A DNA stretch of 64,000 nucleotides from Amoebophrya sp. A120 (Eukaryota > Protista > Dinoflagellata), in NCBI GenBank assembly GCA_905178155.1, contig CAJINV010000002.1:565493-629492 (forward strand), read 5' to 3'. The notes below the pieces were generated by a model that saw only the letters and a program-made list of their open reading frames with translations, was not told the DNA's origin and did no database searches. This document shows, in pieces, positions 35,501 to 50,500 of this stretch. The position numbers and the translations under genes were made by a program. Position 1 is the stretch's first letter, and each line of letters begins with the position of its first letter.

Positions 35501-38500
35501 CGAGACGGTAGCGCGAGAGGGTTCGGGCCTATGCTTGAAAAGGCCGCAAAAAAACAGCCCTGCCTCGGGCGGATTCGGGTTTTTTTACCCCTCTCGCAGA
35601 CCCTCTTTCTCACCTCTTCCGAGAGGCGTTGCTAATAGTCCGGCTATACTCGCGGGTAGAGGTCGACAGAGGTGGCCGAGAGGTGGCCCAGAGGGTGCGA
35701 GAGAGGTCTCCCCTTATTCGCGCAACCTCTCGGCACCTCTGTCCCCCTCTCGCTTGCCCTCTTTTTTACCTCTCGGCACCCTCCGAGGCGCTTAGCGGCC
35801 CTAAAGGGCGAGCGGTTCGGCGGGCTATACCCGCGCCACCTCTCGCGCACCCTCTCGAACTGCCTCCCGCGCCACCTCTCCACCTCTGTCGACCTCTTTT
35901 TGGCCTCTTTTGACCTCTGTTTTACCTCCCGGCCACCTCTCGTCTACCCTCTACAAACCCATATTTTCGCATGAATATAATAGATAGTAATGACCTGCCA
36001 GCTTTTTTCTCTGGGATAATAGGTAAAAGTGGTTGATGGTCCAGGAAGGTTCTGGTGGTTGCTGAGCTTCATCATCTTGAAGATCACCTGCTTTTAATAT
36101 TTCCAAGCTTTTGTTCAACGTTTGTTTTTTTCCTTCCAATTCGCTCCTGCTACCGCTTCTTTGTTCCTTGACGGTGGAGTTGTTCCCTACCCCATGTTCC
36201 CGCGTTTTCGGTCCGTCGTAAAAAGCTGCGGGGTTTTTATAAGCTGCAGAGAAATAGGGTGCAAGACGAGAAACAACACCACCGGGACCACTTCTACGAC
36301 TGTCGTTGTCCTCGTGTGTTGCAGATGAGGAAGATGCCGCGGTCGAGGACCAAGTGGAATTTTTCGTCAGCGCCCGATCAAGTCGCCGGTTTTCTTCATG
36401 GACTACATCTCCCATGTTGATAGCAGCGCCGCGCAAGTTCGATCTTCTCTTCTTGCGTGGATGTGCGAGGACTTCTGCTCCTCCTGGTTCATCCGTTGTA
36501 CTTGTTGTTGCGCCGCTCATTCGCATGATCTTCCTCCCAACTACATCTGCTGCGTCAAGTAGGGTTTTGCTTGTTGATGTCGACGTAGAAGCACCAATCA
36601 AACCTGATGGGGGAGGATCTTCAGCAGGCTGCATTGTTCCCTGCACTTCGTGTTCGTCTTCCTCCGGGACAGAAGGCTGATGTCGAGGAGGTGCTGTAGC
36701 TGCTAGAAGTACAACTGCCGCATCAACGGCCTCCTCCCCAGCAACATCGGATTCAGATTCGTCCCCAGTGGACGATTCTGCATCATCATCTTGATCTTCT
36801 TGCGGCGGCGACTGGTCGGCGTCCTCGTCGTGTAGTGGTGGGTCTGCAGGATCCTTTTCTTCTAGTTCTTCCCCTGGTCGTTCTGCTTCTTCCGCTTGTT
36901 CATCCTCCTCGGACCCAGTCTCGACTGAATCCCCCCCCTGGTCGTGGTCGAGGACCACGTCTTCTCCCAGATCCTCGTCCACAAAGTCCTCTTGCTCTGG
37001 TTGTGACCCCGATATTTTGCTTGTCGTTATTGTTCCACCCGTGGACAACGATTTCTTCGCACCGCCCCGCAAATTGAACTTCTTCTTGTTTTCCACTGGC
37101 ACTGGTTGTACTAACTGATTTTCATTCTTCACGTGATCTTGCTCTTGGCCTTCTTCTAGGGCAACATTGCTCGTCCGCGTGGTGGAGGACGGGATTTGGT
37201 GTACTACACCGGCGGGTCCGTCTCGACTACTTTTAATATGATCCGTAGGTAGTTTATCATCGCGACGACCCCCTGCTCCAGAACCCGTTGTATTACTAGC
37301 TGTTCTTTCACCTCGACCTCCGTGGCCCATGTTGAACAAAATGCTCTCACCTGCTCGTCCCAAGAAGGAAAAAAAGGAACCAGCGCTCACACCAACATCA
37401 TGATCCGGAGCGGTTTCTTCATCTCGTTTCTTCATTTTCTCCTCTTGCTCCGTTCTTGGTGGTCGTGTCGCAGTATCTTCCAGGAACGCAACTCTGCTGG
37501 TGCCAGTCACGGAAGTTTGCGTCCTCACGCCACCTCGCAAGTTCGATTTCTTCGTGCGCGACGTGCCGCTAGAAGTAGTACTGCCGTCCAGGTTCGTTAC
37601 TGTTCTCGGAGTAGAAGGTCTTTCGTGAGGTGATGCACTAGTCGACGAGGGGGAGGAGTCCTGCGTGAAGATGCTGTCGTTCTTCTTCTCGTCCTGGGGT
37701 GAAGAAGATGATGGTCCTCCAGGAGCTTCCTCCACCGTGGCCGCTCCAGTGGAGGAAAAGGTGGTCAGCAAAAAACTGGTGGCAGGTGTCAAGTCTTCTT
37801 CAACAGGAACAGCCTCTTCTCGTTCCGCATCTACTTGTACGTGTGCAGTTTCAGCTTGTCGTTGTTGTACCACGACCTCAGCTGGTGCAGCTACAGTGAG
37901 TTTTGCGGTTGCTACTTCATTTTTTGCAGCTGCTGCTATTTCTTCTTGTTGCAAGAACCGACTTTTACCACGTTCATCGGGACCCGCTCCAGGAAGATCA
38001 GGTTCGCCGACATGGGGAGCTGTTGTACTAGACCCCGCTTCAGCCACTTGTACTTCTTCATGTTGATGTTGACCAGGTGCAGGATTAAGATGCTGCTCTT
38101 CGTTCTCTGTCCCGCTCACCGGATGATTCCTCGCGGTTCCCGGCAGATGAGCTTCCACCTCATCCGCCTCTAACAGGGATGTTGACGCCCTACTGTCAAC
38201 ATGTCCATCTTCGCTGGATGATGAATGAACACGCACTGTTGATGCAGCAGGAACAGAGGAAGGAGGAGGAGCTACAGCTAGTGCATCACCTTGATTACTT
38301 TCCGGCAGTTTTGAAGATGCTGAAGTTGAAGACCATGTGGATCGTCGTGTAGTTTTTTGCATCATCGAAGACGCAGCTGCTGCTGCTGCTGCTGAACCCA
38401 ACGTGTTTTTTTTCTTCTTTTTCTTGTTCTTCCCACCGGAAGTAGTGCCACTTGATGTTCTTGCGGTACTAGTACTAATATCGCGGTCTAGTTCATCATC

Positions 38501-41500
38501 ATCACCGCCCCCTTCTTCATGATCCTCGTCTTTATTCTTGTTCTATGACAGTGCTCAACTCCCCCTCCCCCTCATTTGTCATGCAAAATACCCAAGCCAC
38601 CCTTTGACTCTTAGCACTGTTTGCATGACACGTTCTGGTTGCCCAAATAGCACTACTTACACTCCAGTGCAAATTTGTCATGCAAAACCGGCATTCTTGC
38701 TTAGGCTGGTATTGCCGTTCATGCGATACAAATGAGGGTGAGGGGGAGTTGTGCACTGTCATATATTCCGGCGGACTTTGCTCACGTCCTTCATCCGGAA
38801 GGCTGGCCCGACATCGCGGTCAGCAGCTCTCTTCTTGTTCCCCGCAATAGCACCCGCCACGGTCAATCCTGCCGCTCCTGCTCCGGCAAGTGCGGGATGG
38901 TCCGCGACGACTTTGAGGCCGAGGTTGCGGAGCTTGTCGTCGACTTCGCGATCGTACGTCAGGTCGAGTTGCTTCCTCCAAGCCGGTATCTTGTCCACGT
39001 GCTCCGTCAAATCGGTGAGCGCATTTTTCTATGGATAGCAAAAGTATCGCACTTCTACTAGTAGTAGTAGTCGCATTCATGCAATACAAATTTCTTTCTC
39101 AAGTTAAATCCGCATTACAAATTTTTGTTTCTCATGGTGACGAAATTTGTCATGCGATTTAATATACTAGGACGATGCTTTTGCATTTCATATTTTCAGT
39201 GCAGCGTTTTTTGAATCGTCGGGGCGTAGTTCATCACTGGAAAAGTCAATTGGAGGCTGCGCGCCGCTTTCGATCATCCTGAGGAAAAACGTCCCCATAG
39301 TACCAGAGTCAAGATGGAGAATCTCGTTCGTTCGTTCGTTGTGGATCGGCTCTGCCGACCGGGTAACCCAACGCCTTGCATATAAATGACCGACTTAGGC
39401 GAACCCCGTTGCGGGCATACAAATTGGCCGTACGGAAGGGCCCTAAGCGCTACATACATAGTTCACCCTAAGCGCCTACCACTTCGGTCTGGGACCTCGT
39501 CTACCTGATCCTGGGGGTCCACAGCGCACTAGCCCTTTGCTAGCATAAACAGACTGGGTTCTAAAAACTGACTTAACTCCCTCCATCCTTTCAACAGTAA
39601 GGCCATCATAAAGGTGCGCTAAAAAAGGTTCGGGGCGCTCCGTACGGAAGGGAGCCTTTCGACGCGGCGTACACTCTCCTGTAGAGGTTTACGCGGAACA
39701 CGGATGGGCCGCGCACGCAACTCAGTCGAGGAGGACACACGCTATCCTCAATAACAGAGGCGGTAGTCCCTCACGGCGGCTGGCCTGTCTGAAGACTGTA
39801 AGCCCCACCTCCCATCTTCCCGGTTCGTCAATGACTCGGGCGAGCCATGTTACTTAGACTCCCCGCACATGCAAATATGGGACGGCTGGGGGGGTTTAAA
39901 AGGTGCTCGCGCCGTTCATGATCTACTATAAAAGAAATAGTCTACTATAAAGAGAATCTGCTAGACAAATCGGCCAACTTTGGCTGTTTCGCATGACAAG
40001 TTTGTGCTCGTAGTGTCATGATCCTGAGTAGCTAGTTTAGCAGCATCACAGATCTAGCATATCATGCTATTTCTAGCATCACAAATCCCAAAACGCGACT
40101 AGAAAAACCTTCTCATGGGGCTTTGCATGAGAAACTTTTTTGGCATGCAAATTTGCATGACAACTCTGGGATGGGGACGTTTTTACTCAGGATATCGATT
40201 TCCTCAAAGTCAACGGGCTGCGGGTATCAAAAGGAAAAATCCCCCCACCCCATATCGAAATGTAAATCTGTGATGCGGGATTTGTGTACACAAATTGGCT
40301 TTGTAGTGCAGGAAGGCATCGCGGCCAGGTCCCCAGACTATGCAGGGGCGTATCGGTCTAGTTGTTCAGCATGGCAAACGGCTCCGCTTTAGTCCCAACA
40401 GCATGACAAATCGCCTCCATAATGGGGGCGAAGCTTTTGCCCTTGTCTTCTTGCAAGACAGACGTGATTTGTGACCTCAAATCAGCAACAGAAATTTCCG
40501 GAGAGATACCTTTTCGATATGGGGAGGGGGGATTTTTCCTCTCAATAGCGGGTGCGGGTCCGCGACTTGCTTGACATAGGCTTCTATCCTGTGCTTAAAG
40601 TATCGCACTCGTATAAAAAAATGCATTACAAATTATTTCCTCAGCATGATAAATAAAGTTTGTAATGCGGATTCAGCTTCAGAAAAAAATTTGTAATGCA
40701 TGATTGCAGTTACAGTTAGTACGAGTACGATACTTTTGCACAGGATAGCTTCTATGTTCTCGGTCAACCGGTCTTGGTCGCCTGGTGACAATCGGTGGTA
40801 GAACTTGAAAAATTGTTCCTTGGTGTCGAGGTTCGCCGGCAGGATATGTCCATTATCCTTCAGACCGTCTAGCAGCCGTTTGTGGAACTCTATTTGCTCC
40901 TCGCTCGCCCCAGACCCATTGGCCAACTCGTTATAAAAGAGAAAAAAGAACAAGGCAGGGGGTATCTGTAATGCAAAAATGAATTACTAGGCTACACAGA
41001 AAAAACTGTCATGGACGGCCCCGCCATAGGATGCTGTTTAGAATCGATCCGCAATTAGATTTAGATTTTCTTTGTGTGTATGTTTTTGCATTACAAATGT
41101 GACGTGCCTGCTTTTTTCTGTGCTGTGATAATCGTCGAATGGAAACCAGTCCTTTGGAAAGTTCTATCCTCTGTAAACACGTCCCCTCCCCAACATAGTT
41201 GTCATGCAATTCAGCATGCTCAAAATGTTTCTCATGCGGAGCCGCATGACAAGCTTTTTCTAGTCGTGTTTTGGAATTTGTTATGCTCCAAGCATGGTAA
41301 TAGGCTAGATCTGTGAAGATGCTGCTGAACAAGCTGAACATTATTGGCCCACTACGAGGACGCTAAAGAACTACTTGTCATGCGCAACAACCAAAGCTGA
41401 TTGATTTGTCTAGCAGATTTCCCAGCTTGTTGACTATGGGCGGGGGAACGTTTGTTCTGCTCCGGATAAGTATGCACTGAAAAAGCATCGTGCTCCTGGT

Positions 41501-44500
41501 AATTGCAAGAATGCATTACAAATCTTTTTCTGAAGCAAAGTCCGCATTAGAAATCTTTATTTCTCATACTGAGGAAATTTTCTGTATATGCATTTATACG
41601 AGTAGGAGTACGATACTTTTGCAGTGCATAATAAGTTCTCCCCCGTCGTCATCCCCGCAATTTCGCTTGTGTCAAACAGGTGTGAGTATTGATCACCGCA
41701 CGCTATCGCAAGAAAAAACTGTGTCAGGGGTCTCAACTTGTAATGCGCAACTTCCTTGAGTAGACTGTTTTTTGTCATGCTCGATAATATGCAAGAAAGT
41801 CGTTTTCTCTACGTGTTTTCCCTTCTTGTGTCGGACGCATCACAAGTTTTGCGTGACATGCTGTGCAAATTTGTATTGCTAAGTCTGCAAAGGTTTGCGA
41901 CTGAGACAGTTTTTTCTCACGATATTTGCGAGGGTTTCTCCTTTAATCCTCGGCAGCATATGCTGTGCAAAAGTATCCTATTCGTACTAACTGCAATCGA
42001 ATCGTGCATTACAAATCTGATTCCCAAGTAGGTCAATCAGCATGACAAAAAACTTCATTTTTCATGTTGAAGAAATTTGTCATGCGGTTTCTACTAGTAC
42101 GATACTTTTGCAAAAATGCATACAGCATCGACGTCAGTTCGGCCCTCTGCGAGCTCGATAGCCCCTTCACGTAAGTCAGCCAATCCTCGCGCGTGAGTTG
42201 TTGCTGCTGGTTCAAACCCAGGGCCGGTAACTTGCCCGCTGTGTCGTGGATGGCGGCTTTCAACCCCTGCCCTTCGACTTCGTTCAGCGGAAAGGGGTAT
42301 CAAATGCAAATGTGTCAGGGTCTGGAAGGATGCAACTTGTGATGCTACCTTTGGACTCTACATAAAATCTGTAATTGCATGAACAGCAAAAGAGCCAACA
42401 GGTGTAATTTGTGCTACGCGGAGAGGGCATTTCTCATGCTGTATGAGCATCAGAAAGCCCTCGCAAAATCTCTGATGCTAGGGCATGCGTCGCAGACCTC
42501 ATGGGTTATGCAAAATCTGCATGACAAACTTCTGCATTCTTCCAGACCCAGACACTTTTGCAATCCATAAGGGGTCTGTGCCGTCGTGGCCCCGCAGATC
42601 TCCGGGAATAGCGTTTTATGAAATGCAAAAGCATCGTACTAGTATAAATCGCATGACAAATTTCCTCAGCATGAGAAATAAAATTTGTAATGCACCTTTG
42701 CCTTAGAGAAGAGATTTGCAATGCATGACTGCAATTACTACGAGTACGATACTTTTGCAGTTCATACGTTTTCGAAGTACTGCGTGTTCTGGCCCAGGTG
42801 TTCCTCGGTGATCCGTATCGTAAGGAAAAATTCTATTCCCCCTCCCGCCCATATCGAAAAGCAAATTTGTGATGCTGGTTTGTGATCACAAGTCGACTTG
42901 TATTGCTAGAAGGCCAAAAGACGCACCTGCCCCCCTCGTTATTTGCAGCCAATTTGTCATGCTGTTTCGCGTTTCCAGTTGCTTCCTGTCATGCTGAAGA
43001 CGCAAGGCTTTCCGCCCAGGCCAGCCAGCACTGCAATCCGCATCTCTACTTCCCTTCTAACATGACAACGCGATTTTTTGTGATCACAAATCATGCTACA
43101 CAAATCTGCCTTGGAGTATGGGGATCATGGGGCATTTTATTTCCTTTTGATAATCCGCACAAAGTCTTCTTTCTCTTCGGCCGATATCGGCGTCGAGGGG
43201 AAGTTTTCCAAAAAAAAGTCATGCAGGTCCGCGCTGTTGTCAAGCTTTCCCAGTTTGTTTTTCCACGCGTTTTCTTCCAGTTTCAAATCCGGAATGGCCT
43301 TCGCAAGCTTTTCATAATAAGCGGTTTTTTCCGTGTCGCTCAAATTTTCCAGGTATCAAATGTAAAAATGTCTGGGTCTGGAAGAATGCGCGACTTGTCA
43401 TGCAGCTTTTCCATGACCCATGAAGCCTGGAATGCAGGACCTAGCATGACAGATTCTGCGCGATCTCTCTCATGCCTATCCTGCATGAGAAACTCCCTCC
43501 CGACTTGGTCAAAACAGGACGACTTTTGGCAATCATGCAACACAGATTTTTGCATGCTTCAGATTTAGCATGACAAGTTGCGTTCTTCCAGACCCAGACA
43601 TTTTTACGTTTGATACCAGGGGAAACACGTCGATGCGTTCCGGTAACTATGAACTGCAAAAGTATCCGATACTTGTATAAATGCATTGCAAACTTCCCCA
43701 ACATGATGAGAAAGAAAATTTGTGATGCGGATTTACCTTTAAAAAAAGGTTTGTAAATGCATGATTGCAATACGAGTATCAGATACTTTTGCACAGGATA
43801 GTAACTTGGTATCCAGCTCGTGATCCGTCCACGACGTGTGATCGTCGCGCAAATCGTATTACAGTGAAAAGTGCCCCCCACCTCCCCTGAAATTGCAAAT
43901 ATTTGTGATGCGCAGTTTCCAAATGAAAACTTTTTGTCGTGCATGAAAGGAGTATGAATCTTTCTGATGGATGCAGTAGAGTCTAGGCGTGTATCGCACC
44001 GCTTGCATGACAAGCGCCGCTCTTGCTGGGGTCTTTTGCAATGCAAATTTTTGCTATTCACGATCGCAAACCTGTGATGCTGATAGATGCAAGAGGGCGA
44101 ATGTTTCATTTGAAACGGTTTGCAATACAAATGCTCCCAAGTAGTTCGGGGGTGGGGGCATTTTTCATTGTAATAAATGGGCCTTCACCACTTCGTGCAG
44201 GTCACCCGCTTGCTCCGTGTATGAATTGCATCAAAAGTATCGCACTCGTTGTACTCGTCGCAGTCGTGCATTAGAAATCTCGATCTTAAGGCAAATCCGC
44301 ATTACAAATTCAATTTGTAATGCTGATCCAATTTGTATTGCAATTTATAGATACAACTATAACCATACTTCTTTTGCAATGCATACCGTGGTCAAGTCGC
44401 TCATTTTGTTTGACACGTAATCTTGCCACTCCTCCTCTGTGAGGAATAGACCGAAGTCCGGTTTCGGCAGTGCACTTCCGGCGGCGCGGGCCTTGTTGAT

Positions 44501-47500
44501 TTCGTCCACCAGCGCCGCCGTTTCGGCCGGGTTCGCGGCGATGCCGGGCATGTGCTGGGACTGGAAGTTGTTCTGGGACTGGAAGTTTGCGTTCAGCGTT
44601 TCCTCAAAATCGTCGGCAATGTCAGGCTGCCCGGTCATTGTCTTCGAGTAAATGAGCGAATTCCAGGATTCTCCCGTCGGCATGTCCGGTAACGCAGAAG
44701 GCGGAGCAGGAACTGCTGGTGGTGCAGCAGTAGTTGTAACCTCGTCCAAGAACGGGTCCACAAACGTGAGCAACTTCAATTTTTCCTTGTCCGTCAGGTG
44801 GTCGTAGTAGCTTTCCGCCTCTGTCTGCGAGTTGATGATGTCGTCGTGGCCTTCAATGAAACCTGAAGCCGCAGGATGCTGCTCGCCAGCCGTGTGGTCC
44901 GGAGCGGGCAGGCCCAAATCCTCCAGAACTTCCTTGGAAAGCAGCTCGATCGGGGGTAGATTCCCGTATCATATGTAAAAGCGTGGTCCCCACGGCCCCA
45001 TAGTCGTAGTCAAGTTGGGAAATAATCTGCAAGACAAATCAGAAGGCTTCGGTAGGTTGTTGCGCATGACAAGTTTAATATTGGGCTCGCAATGTAATCA
45101 GGATTAGCTAGTGGAGTAGCATCACAAATCTTGCATCTCATGCTGATTGTAGCATCACAAATTTCAAACAGCACTAGAAATAATTGCGTCTCATTGGGCT
45201 CCGCATGATAGACATTCTCACCATGCAGATTTGCATGACTTGTACTATGGGGGGTGCGGGCTGGACGTTTTTCCACAGGATATCTCGTCCGTGTCCTTCT
45301 TTGCCAAATAACCCGGACTGGCCTTTCCCGTCGCCGTCGTCAAGTCAGCAAGCTTGTCTCTGTGGGGCCCCGATTCATCGTCATCGGTGTCCAGCCACTG
45401 CGTGTACTTCTTGGTCCAGAAGTCCTCCGCGTTTTCCGGCTGGTCCTCGCCCCCCAAACCAACGACCTTGTCGTCGTCTATGGCGTTCTCAGCTGTTAGT
45501 ACATTCTCAACCGTTGCATGTTGAATTTGTGATGCAAGAATGGCAATAAAATTTGGTTGGTTCTAGATCTTAGTTGCAGAGACGGAAGAACAAGAAGTAA
45601 CAACGCAACAGAGAGATGGAGGGGGGACAACACTTCTGCCTGTAACGTCCAAAGAATCCGAACCACGCTGCTTTGGGAAAAGTAGCCCTAAGTGGCAAGG
45701 AAAACTTTAGTGCTCGCTTAAAACGGTGATCCCAGTGTACATGGCGGTTACAGGCGCCGGCTCCACCATCCATGCACTCACCGCTTTAACGTGTTGGGGG
45801 AAAAGAGTCGGAAGAGGAAAGCAAAACCACAACACGCACACAAACGGGGATCAAGGAATTTGGATCGTAAGGACCGATGCATTATGAAAGTATTAAGCGA
45901 AAACCCGATCGAGAAAAGATGATACGTTACGACCCGTACGAGCAGCGATAAATGACGAGCGGACGAATTGGACGTAGAGAAAGTAAACGAGAGCGATTCG
46001 AAAGACGATCGAGGTATAGATGCGACAGAGCGTATATAGAGGTATAAATGCACGAGCAAGTCGAAATCAAGTACGGAAGAGGCGTTTGTAAAGTGCAATA
46101 GGGATATATCGAAAACAGCCAACGGCAATAAACCGAATGATCTCATAAATGATCTTCACGCACACTCAATAAATGTGAAAGGGGGGACCACCTTGCGCGT
46201 CTTGCGTAACAGATATTAAACTTGGTGCAGATCTACAGCCTGTTTTGCCAACCTTCGAGAATTTGCCATGTGTAGCAGCTTGATCGCGCCGATCATTCTG
46301 ATGGTGGTAATTTTGCCTGACCAAAAATCATCATGTACTAACGGTTGAGAAGGTGACCGATTTGAGAATCCCTTATCTTCTCCGATGGTGCTCACGTCCA
46401 CATCCACGTCGTCCGGACTGGCCGCGTAAGTGTCTGGATCCGCCTGGTCCAGAAAATTGTTCACGTAGCTTTGGAATGTGTCTGCATGGTGAGTGGCGGG
46501 GGAGCCAGATGTGTCGTCCTTGCCTCGCAAGAATTCCCAGTAGGCCTGAATCTCGTCGTTGGTATCAATCGGCAGAGTGATGTCTTTCTTTAACAGAGAG
46601 TATCCCAGAGAAAAGGCCTAGTTAGCTGAACATATGTGAATGCAGAAATGAAAAAGATCCCATCTGCTTATCCTCCGCAGCCCGCTGTGGATTCGGATTG
46701 CGAATTCATTTTTGCGGCATCACTGTAAAAATGCATTACAATTAGGTATTTTGAAAAACAGATGTCTATACACAAATCTGGTGGCACCATGGTAACTTTT
46801 TGCTCCGGGATAGCTCGTCATCGGTTGGCCATGGCAAGTTCATCGCACCGGGGTCAGAAAGAACTTCCTTCGAAAACACTGGCGGAGGGCCGAGGTTTGG
46901 ATGCGACGTCTCGGCCTTGAAAGCGTCGTTCCCCGCGGACAGGTATCAAATGCAAAAGTGTTTGGGTCTGGAAACTTGTAATGCTGAGTGGCGTAGCATG
47001 AGGAGGCCACACGTGTTGGCTCAGCATGACAAACCTCTGAGCTTGTAGGTGTTGCTTATTCTGCATGACAAATTGCGTCTCCGCATGACAGAAAAATGCG
47101 GCTCTTGGGCAACGTGCATGACAGATTTAAGAGTTTGTTATGCTAGACAAGCATGACAAACATGCTTTCTTCCAGACCCAGACATTTTTACAGTTGATAA
47201 CAGGTGTACAGCTTTCCAGTCGTTGAAGTCGTGCTTCCAATTGATGGGCCTCGCAATGCTGCTGTCTTCCGGGTGGCCCTTCAACAGCTTATCCGGGTAC
47301 GCGTCGTCTTCGAATAGGGCCAAAGAGACGTCGACGTCCTTCTTTTCCGCTTTGCCGAACACCTCCGGTTATGCATTGCAAAAGTATCTCACGAGTATAA
47401 ATCGCAATACAAATTTGCTCAGCATTTGAAATGGAATTTGTAATGCTGTTTTACCTTAGGAAGAAGATTTGTCATGCATATTTGCAATTACTACGAGTGC

Positions 47501-50500
47501 GATACTTTTGCACTGGATACCGGTTCCGTCTTGTCTAGGAAGTTGTTCACGTACGTTTCGAACTTTATCTTATCATCGGCGTTATGAGAGTGCACAACTT
47601 CAACTCCCCCTCCCCCTCATTTGTATGGCATGAACAGCAACACAGGCAACAGCAGAAAAGGGACTTTCGCATGACGAATCTGCATGCGGATTGTAGTTGT
47701 ATTATTTGAGGTTCCAATTCCAAAATTTGTCATGCTAACAGTGCTTACGAGCAAGTGCAAGGTGTGACATTGGTATTTTGCATTACAAATGAGGGGGAGG
47801 GGGAGTTCTTGTGCAGTCTCATATGCGTCCAACGAGTTGTAGTATGTCTTGATTTCGTCGTATGAAATGTAAAAATGTCTGGGTCTGGAAGGATCCAAGG
47901 TTTGTCATGCACATTTTGCATGACTCCTGATGTCTGTGATGCATGCCCTAGCATCACAGATTTTGTGAGGGCTTCCTGCTGCCTATACCGCATGACAAAT
48001 GCTCTTTCCGTGTAGCAAAATTTGGACTCTCTTTGCTGCTCATGCAATACAGATTTTTTTAGAATCCAAATGCAGCATCACAAGTTCCAACTTTCCAGAC
48101 CCAGACATTTTTGCAATCCATACGTCGTTGGTGTCGATTGCGCCATGGATTCCAGTTTCCGGGACTTTCCCCAAGTGCAAGTCGTCCGTCAAATGGTCCT
48201 TGCCAAACACATATCCTGTGCAAAAGTATCGTACTCGTATTGCAGTCGTGCATTACAAATCATCTTGCCAAGGCAGATTCGAATTACAAATTTTATTTCT
48301 CACACTGAGGAAATAATTTGTAATGCATTTATACGAGTACGATACTTTTGCAATGCATAACACACGCAGCGTTGCCTCCTGAGAAAAAACGTACCCGCGG
48401 CGTCAAAACCTCAAGACTGATGAAACTCGGCAAACTAAACGAGTCAAGGAGCAGCCAAAGTTGCACCTTCCACTGACTTCGCGGGCCATGTTGCATGACA
48501 AAGTTTGGCTTGCGCCAGAATTTTCCCTCGTATTCATCTCGACGCGGATGGCAGCTTCACATCATAAAAAATCTACCTGTTCCTCTATGCGGATGAGTTC
48601 AACATGACAACTTCCAAAACGCCATGACAAAGTGCCTCTCCGACAGAGCCAATGCCAAAAGAAATATTTATATACTTTACTTCCCCTGCTCTTCGGGGCA
48701 ATCATTATCCCAGATTTGCATCACAAGTACGGCCGCGCGGGTACGTTTTAACACAGGATATGGGGGGCCCAGCAGGTTGGCGACAGGAGCAGGCGTAGCT
48801 GCGTCGACTACAGGATCCAACCCATCGCTATCTTTAGTTGCGCGCACGAAATAGTGGTCTTCCAGTACCTTATTCAGGTCGACGTGACCTTTGCCGGTGG
48901 CCTCGTGTTCTATCAACTGCAAAAATGTCTGAGACTGGAAGATTGCCAGGTTTGTCATGTATATTTTGAATGATCCATGATGTCTGTGATGCATGCCCTA
49001 GCATCACAGATTTCTAGAGGACTTTGTGATGCCTCTACCGCATGAGAAATGCCCTTTCCGCGTAGCACAAACTGGAGTCCTCTTGCTGATCATGTTGCAA
49101 TACAAACTTTTTTAGAAAAATCCAGAGACAGCATTACAAGTTTAGAATCTTCCAGACCCAGACACTTTTGCATTTGATATGTTCCGACCCTTGGTGATTC
49201 CAGCGCTCCCCGATGCTGCCCAAGTCGAATTTTTTGCCCTCAACTATGGCATTCTCAAAAGTTACATTCAGAGCTGTTACATGGATTTGTAATGCAAGAA
49301 CAGCAACAGCGAAAGTGGCAATATTGCAGCTTTCGCATCACAGACTTTCCACAGATCATCATGCTGCTTAGCCCTTCGAAAATTTGTCATACTAAGCACC
49401 TTGATCAAGTGGAGGCTGATGGCAATTTTGCATGACAAATCCGCGTAACAGTTGAAAATGTAACAGTTGAGAACGCCATATCGACGTCAGAGTTCTCCGC
49501 GTCTTCCAGATATTTGTTGACGAAGGCCTCCAGAATGTCCTGCTTGTCCGCCCCGGTGTGCTTACCACTCGGGTCCGGATTATGCATTGCAAATATTTCA
49601 TTTTCATCCGGGTCTGGAAGGATGCGAACTTGTCATGCTACGTCTGAACCGTGCAAAATAAAATCTGTGTTGCATGATCAACAGCAAACATTGTCCACTT
49701 TTGACCAAGTTCAGACTGAGTTTCTCATGGACAGGGGGCACGATACGGATCTCACAGAATTTTTCATGCTAGGTCCACCTGCATAATTCGTTCCAGACCT
49801 CATGCGTGGTCATCATGGAATAAAACCTGCATGACAACTGTCATCTGCATTCTTCCACACCCAGACATATTTGCAGTGGATACGGGTGCTGTCCCAGCCA
49901 CTCGTAGTGCTCTATCCTCTTCAAACACGCTAGCGCGTCAGAGTTATTTTTGTCTCTATATAAACTATGAGGTGATCGCTTTTTTGTGATACGGCTTTGT
50001 CGCCAAGCACGAAGATGACCACAGTTCACCTAAGAACTGTAGTCCAAGCTTGATGTCATGCGGATTTCGCACAGCTTCTTGATTTGTGAAGCACGACATG
50101 CACAAGCACAACTACAACCCCCATCTTCACATTGACTCTGGAGTGGAGACGTCTTTGAACAGGATACACTTCTGGATGTCGTCATATGGGATTCTCAAAT
50201 GTTGCATTCTCAACTGCTACATGATTTGTCATGCAAAATGAGCGTCAACATTTTGTTCCACACAGTCAAGCTGCTTCGCATGACAGATATAGAGAAAGGC
50301 TAAACAGCGACTACTTCTGTGCGGTATTCGTCATGCTACAGGTGCATCAGCCTCCCCTCTTTGACTTTTGCCATTCTTGCATTACAAATTCATGTAAAAG
50401 TTGAGAATGTAACAGTTGAGAACTCCAGCATACGTCATTGCTGTCGATGATCTTGTTGTTTTTCGGGCTCGATTCGTGCGTCCAGAAGTCGTCGTATTTT

